From the NCBI GenBank assembly GCA_029856365.1, contig JAHQWW010000111.1, positions 1-12,555 on the forward strand: DNA of 12,555 nucleotides, written 5' to 3'. The notes below the pieces were generated by a model. That model saw only the letters and a program-made list of their open reading frames with translations. It was not told where the DNA came from and did no database searches. The stretch comes from Candidatus Hodarchaeota archaeon (GTDB taxonomy: Archaea; Asgardarchaeota; Heimdallarchaeia; Hodarchaeales; Hodarchaeaceae). Both the position numbers and the translations under genes were made by a program. Below, one piece after another: positions 8,382 to 12,555 of this stretch. Positions within the stretch are counted from its first letter, which is position 1, and each line of letters starts with the position of its first letter.

Positions 8382-10817
8382 TTACCGTGACTTTCTTCGT
8401 CTCCGTGTCCAAGATAGGAAGATTGGTAAAGCTACTATGGCATATAGAAATTCAAACCCAGGAATGCCTCCTCGACGCGAAGTCTCGGTAGTTTCTGTTT
8501 TTAGCGTAGTGAAAGTAGAGTAATCGCTACCCTCTGGATATCTGGCCCAATTGTCAAAAGCATCAGTTACATTCAAGTAGAAAACATATTCTGTACCTGA
8601 AGTCAAGTCAGTTAGCTGAAAAGTGTGGGTTAAAGCTAGTGCTGTGCTAGTCATTGTGGAGGTTGGTGTACCTACACCATAATAAAGGGTTACACGAGTG
8701 GGTTTATCAGTAGTGATTTTTATGCTAACTTCTGTTTCATCAATGACAGTCACATTCACGTCGGAAACTACTGGGGGAGTAACAGCAGCGGAAGACAAGG
8801 TAGTAAATGAATATAAATTCGTTTGATTGTCATCCACAGTGAAAAAGACCCCATCAGAGGAACTAACTTCAAAATAATATTGTGATTCAGGAGTTAACCC
8901 TATTAATTTTATTTCATGAATGAGGGTTTCTGTGGCCTCATATTGAGTTGAACCAAGGGATGTTGTTGCTCCATAATTGACTCGGGAGTCAGAGAATTCA
9001 TCTGTGACCCAAGAGACTACAGCTTCATCATCACTGACCGAAGAAAGAACGTTTGTTATTCTTGGGGGAGCTGTATCAATTAGGGTAAAAGTATAGAGGT
9101 CACTGTCATTGTCATCTGTTGCTGAATTACCACTAAGATCCTTTGATGTAACTTTGAAATAATATTTTCCACCAGGAACAAGATTTTTTAGTATTACTTT
9201 ATGCTTCGTTACAGGTAGTTCTTTGTGCTCAATTACTTTCTTTTCATTCGATGCAATCTCTCCAAGTGACGTTGTTAAACCATAATCGACTCTAGATGTT
9301 GTTAATTCATCTGTTTCCCATTCTATGGTTGCAGAGATGTTTCCAGATTCACTGACTAATACGTTCGAAATTACTGGGTTTGTCGTATCCTCGGGCTCGG
9401 CTGCGCTTTCTGCAGCAGCTTTAATCTTTGCATATTGACTTTTGGCAGCAGCAGTCCACTCTGCCTTTTTGGTTGCTCGGAACGATGAATCACTTCTCAC
9501 ATCGTCAGAAATACTTTTGGCATCCTCGTAAGAGATAAGCGGTGCTCCTAAAGCTTGAATCCAACTGGAAATATTATAATCTTGAATTCGTGGTGTATTT
9601 GAGGTGCCACTATTTTTCCACGCATTCACTATAGTACTCCATGCAGACGCTAATTCAGCATGGGCATCAGTAAACGCTGCTTCAAAGTAGTATAAAAGAA
9701 CACCGTGATAAGAATCTGCTTCAGTATCATTAAAATCGATTCCTTTGTTATGGATAGTAATATTATAAGCATCAAGTAAATCTGGTCGTGATTGTCCTAT
9801 TGTGGTATCGAATGCGTCTTCACGTGTGGGCATACGGTTAATAGCACTGTCTAACCAATATGATTGACCCTCTTTGGATAATATAAATTGAACAAAAGCA
9901 TTAGCTGCTTCTCGTTTTGCTAGATCTCCCTTAAGCAAACATATTGGATCAGCATTAACTATTGATTGTTCCTCTGGAATAATATACTCACAATTTTCAT
10001 TCGAGAGTTGAGCGCCATAGCCATAAAAGTCAATTGTCATAGCAATACCGACCTCTCCTTGTGTAACAGCATCGAGAACAGCTACAGACCCTGGTTTAAT
10101 AACTGAATTCGCAGCCATTGAAGTGAGGAGAGACCATCCAAGATCCCATCCAAATTTTTGGATAATAATCTCGTAAATACGTGTGTTAGACGTCGTTCCT
10201 GGCGCATTACCCATTGCTACTATTGGTGCAGCTTGTAAAAAATATTCAGGTCTTCCTATTTCAGGCCAAGTGGAGGGAGCATCTACCTTTTTGTCATAGA
10301 GAACCTGAGTATTAATAGTAAATCCAAATGTAGAGAGAGCTGCGCCAACCCACATCAAGTCACCTGAGCTATCGTATCGTTTCATCGGTGCTCCAGCAAC
10401 TGAATCTGGTATACTGTTCACTTCAGCGAGTAGATCAGTATCGTTGATTTTATCAGTTACTCCAGCTTCAATTAAACCATCGAAAAGAATTGGACCGCCA
10501 CCCCATCCTATGTCATAAGTCCCTGTTTTTGCTTGTGTTATCCAATTAGCTTCCTGGATACCCCATAATTCAACATTTGTTACACCAGCGTCTTCTGCAA
10601 GATCAGAAGCAAGAAATTCGGTTTTGAACTTGTTCCGAATTGTTATCTCGTGGCGTGTGAGAATATTGAGAGTTATGCCAGCTTTTGGTGTTGAGATGGA
10701 AGCCATGCTTTCAATAGCCCCCGAAGAGGCAATTACAGTTGTGATAAAGACTATTAGAGAAAGAATTGGTAGTATTTTATTTTTAGTGCGGTTTTTGAAC
10801 CTTAATCTAATCATCAT
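8382..10817 (-). CDS. ABC transporter substrate-binding protein (AfuA/FbpA/PgtC-like) with three FN3-like repeats and a PGF-like C-terminal anchor
   Basis: 811 aa. Signal-peptide-like N-terminus. SBP motifs DIGWGGG, FGFTIN, P.TW.E, TTSNTRIYEIIIQKFGWDLGW, GEVGIAMTIDFYGY, NADPI, FVQFILSKEGQ and RMPTR. Repeats start at aa 477. Tail GIPGFEFLYAIVALPIFLSWTRRRRKSR. Confidence 0.9.
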   Translation of the reverse strand: MMIRLRFKNRTKNKILPILSLIVFITTVIASSGAIESMASISTPKAGITLNILTRHEITIRNKFKTEFLASDLAEDAGVTNVELWGIQEANWITQAKTGTYDIGWGGGPILFDGLIEAGVTDKINDTDLLAEVNSIPDSVAGAPMKRYDSSGDLMWVGAALSTFGFTINTQVLYDKKVDAPSTWPEIGRPEYFLQAAPIVAMGNAPGTTSNTRIYEIIIQKFGWDLGWSLLTSMAANSVIKPGSVAVLDAVTQGEVGIAMTIDFYGYGAQLSNENCEYIIPEEQSIVNADPICLLKGDLAKREAANAFVQFILSKEGQSYWLDSAINRMPTREDAFDTTIGQSRPDLLDAYNITIHNKGIDFNDTEADSYHGVLLYYFEAAFTDAHAELASAWSTIVNAWKNSGTSNTPRIQDYNISSWIQALGAPLISYEDAKSISDDVRSDSSFRATKKAEWTAAAKSQYAKIKAAAESAAEPEDTTNPVISNVLVSESGNISATIEWETDELTTSRVDYGLTTSLGEIASNEKKVIEHKELPVTKHKVILKNLVPGGKYYFKVTSKDLSGNSATDDNDSDLYTFTLIDTAPPRITNVLSSVSDDEAVVSWVTDEFSDSRVNYGATTSLGSTQYEATETLIHEIKLIGLTPESQYYFEVSSSDGVFFTVDDNQTNLYSFTTLSSAAVTPPVVSDVNVTVIDETEVSIKITTDKPTRVTLYYGVGTPTSTMTSTALALTHTFQLTDLTSGTEYVFYLNVTDAFDNWARYPEGSDYSTFTTLKTETTETSRRGGIPGFEFLYAIVALPIFLSWTRRRRKSR
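8505..9389 (-). repeat. Three tandem FN3-like (purple-acid-phosphatase N-terminal-like) protein repeats of about 100 aa
   Basis: Units begin DTTNPVISNV (9389), DTAPPRITNV (9077) and VTPPVVSDV (8783). Each has (W/I)xTD..(S/T)..xYG, HxxxLxxLxxxxxYxF and ends (Y/S)(T/S)FT. Confidence 0.85.
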
Positions 10818-10829
10818 TTTTTTAATCAG

Positions 10830-10892
10830 CCTTCCTTAGTTAGATCGATGTCTTTATCTCAATAGTTGTAAAAAAATTATTAATGTTTTTGG
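10830..10892 (-). promoter_or_regulatory. Putative BRE/TATA promoter and SD-like site of the ABC operon
   Basis: The minus strand reads CCAAAAAC-ATTAATAA (10892-10877), then AAGGAAGG (10837-10830) 12 nt before the ATG at 10817. Confidence 0.4.
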
Positions 10893-11269
10893 TGATATTA
10901 AATTCTACTTCAAAAAATTTGGAATATATATAATGAAATAAGAACAGAAGATAATATGTTGGCGAAGATTATAGACAGAAATCTAGTCACAAAGTTTGAA
11001 AATGGTTGATTCATGGTTTAAAGTCTGACCAAAAAAGAAAATTTAATAATTTTGAAAATCTTATCGAATTTTTAATTGCAAATGAACCCACTGGTGTTAC
11101 ATACAAAGGTCAGAAAAATTATTCCGAATTTTAAGAGTACAATTCATAGATAATCATTTAATGTTATATTCAACATTGCTCAACTTAATTTTTTCAATAA
11201 TTTTGAAGAAATTTAAAAAGCAGAGTAGTCTGATATAGATGGATTACTCTTCGTTCCTACTCCCACAAT

Positions 11270-11290
11270 AAAAAAAAGGAGGAAGAAAAA
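11270..11290 (-). terminator. Putative oligo-T terminator of the 11307 surface-protein gene
   Basis: The minus strand reads TTTTTCTTCCTCCTTTTTTTT, beginning about 16 nt after the stop. Confidence 0.5.
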
Positions 11291-11306
11291 GGTAGGAGTT
11301 ATTCAC

Positions 11307-12555
11307 TTACCTTCTTCGACGTCGAATTATTACTGAAGATACTCCAAGGGCGATTAACAGGGTGAGAGCTAAGAATCCAGGTGCAGGTCCTTCTTCTGAA
11401 GTTGTTGTCGTGAGTTCTTCTGTGGTTGTTGTGGTTGTTGTGGTTGTTGTGACTTCTTCTTCTACTGTAAATGTGAATACTAGTTCTGCGGTATTTTTTG
11501 CAGTGTCCGTTGCAACAATTTTCACTGTATGAGTTCCAACACTTGGGGTTGATATTGCATAACTCATGGTAGTTTGGTTTGCTTTACTTACACCATCGAC
11601 AAAGACTTCGAAATTATCAATCGCAGATGTAGCATCTGTCCCAGTCCAAGTCACGGTGATAGAGTCACCTTCAGTGATAGTTGTTTTATTAGCGGGTGAG
11701 GAAATAGCTAGAACTGGTGCTGTAGTATCTACCGTGATATTTAACTCATCTGAATAGGCTTTAAAGCCAAAAACCGTTTGTGCTCTTAGTTGAAGCGTAT
11801 GTTTTCCATCAGAAAGGTCTTCGAGGACGAATTCCATTCTACCAGTGGTATTTCTGGCTGTATCATCGACAAAAATTTCATATTGAAGAATTTCTGTGTT
11901 AAAAACACCAACAGTCCAATTCAGGTAAATATCATTGGTTGAAAACAGTGTATCAGCAACAGGGGAATCTATCCTCAAACCATTAGGAATGAAGGATCTC
12001 GTTCTTATGGGTGCCATCCAGTTGAAGATGTTCCAAATAAAGTATCGAGTATCAGTCGCTGCTCCACGTTCAGCAGGATCCCAGAACATGTCTTTCCAAG
12101 TGCCCCAAATGGCCTCAGCAGTCAGTACAAGCTTATTACTGGCTCCTGGGAAGGTTTGTAATGCTGCCAACGTGAAATTGTTGACTTCGCCGTTGCCGTG
12201 GACTTGATAAGTACCGATCTGGTTGCGGACATCAACCCCTGCTGGGGAGGTACGGATGAGCCATTCAACATTAGGGCCATCAAAGTACTGATTGTACCCT
12301 TTACCTGTGCTATCCTCTAGAGGGACAAAACTTCCCGTGGAATTCTTCCCAATGATAGCCGTGGGCCCGTGGTACACCGATTGTCCATGGGGTAAGCTTT
12401 CCATCAGTATTTGCGCATTAGGGTCCTTAGTGTTGTAATTGATGGCTTTAACTCGGTAAGTTCCTCCAGCAACATTGGATACCGTATCATCGATGGAGGT
12501 TCGCTCAAAGTAAATATTGCTATTAATCTCTAATAATATGTCATTGAAATATGTC
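11307..12555 (-). CDS. 5'-partial cell-surface protein: probable GldG/DUF4350-like extracellular domain, two Ig-like domains, Thr-rich linker and PGF-like anchor
   Basis: The frame is open from 12554 (TYFNDILLEINSNIYFERTSIDDTVSNVAGGTYRVKA..) through the ATG at 12404, so the true start lies outside the window. Ig patterns DLSDGKHTLQLRA, VDTTAPVLAISSP and GTHTVKIVATDTAKN. Tail EEGPAPGFLALTLLIALGVSSVIIRRRRR. The N-terminal domain call is from recalled resemblance only. Confidence 0.8.
   Translation of the reverse strand, partial: TYFNDILLEINSNIYFERTSIDDTVSNVAGGTYRVKAINYNTKDPNAQILMESLPHGQSVYHGPTAIIGKNSTGSFVPLEDSTGKGYNQYFDGPNVEWLIRTSPAGVDVRNQIGTYQVHGNGEVNNFTLAALQTFPGASNKLVLTAEAIWGTWKDMFWDPAERGAATDTRYFIWNIFNWMAPIRTRSFIPNGLRIDSPVADTLFSTNDIYLNWTVGVFNTEILQYEIFVDDTARNTTGRMEFVLEDLSDGKHTLQLRAQTVFGFKAYSDELNITVDTTAPVLAISSPANKTTITEGDSITVTWTGTDATSAIDNFEVFVDGVSKANQTTMSYAISTPSVGTHTVKIVATDTAKNTAELVFTFTVEEEVTTTTTTTTTTEELTTTTSEEGPAPGFLALTLLIALGVSSVIIRRRRR
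11422..11451. repeat. 9-bp tandem repeat (GTGGTTGTT) x3.3 encoding the poly-Thr linker
   Basis: gtggttgtt gtggttgtt gtggttgtt gtg, read directly from the sequence. Confidence 0.85.

Noticed and set aside
10818-11306. TPP riboswitch or iron-regulator box upstream of the ABC operon
   Set aside because: No riboswitch core motif or convincing palindrome near the promoter. The predicted leader is only about 35 nt.
3764-12207. Short ORFs 3764-3952, 4924-5142, 6175-6480, 6922-7149, 10624-10839, 11566-11757 and 11935-12207
   Set aside because: All lie antisense to well-supported genes and lack motifs.
12402-12404. ATG at 12404 as the true start of the last gene
   Set aside because: The frame stays open for 50 more codons to the window edge and no signal peptide follows this ATG.
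1-12555. CRISPR array, tRNA/rRNA, transposase or integrase
   Set aside because: No regularly spaced direct repeats, structured GC-rich RNA segments or mobile-element motifs were seen by eye.

Overview
AT-rich archaeal-type DNA. Several surface proteins end in a Ser/Thr linker, a PGF-like motif, a TM helix and an Arg/Lys tail, which suggests an Asgard (Heimdallarchaeia-like) host; this is inference. Left to right: (1) a fusion of an archaeal adenylate-kinase-like P-loop domain and a nucleoside-2-deoxyribosyltransferase (NDT)-like domain, followed directly by a decayed fragment of a diverged copy of the same gene; (2) a decayed region and a 5'-truncated anchored surface-protein gene; (3) a secreted, membrane-anchored EEP (exonuclease/endonuclease/phosphatase) protein with two FN3 domains; (4) a minus-strand FbpABC/AfuABC-type ABC importer operon with an enlarged permease (934 aa) and a binding protein mounted on three FN3-like repeats with a PGF-like anchor; (5) the 3' part of another anchored Ig-like surface protein that runs off the window edge. 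No rRNA, tRNA, CRISPR array or transposase was recognised. The most interesting hypothesis is a surface-to-cytoplasm nucleic-acid/organophosphate scavenging locus built from sorted surface proteins.
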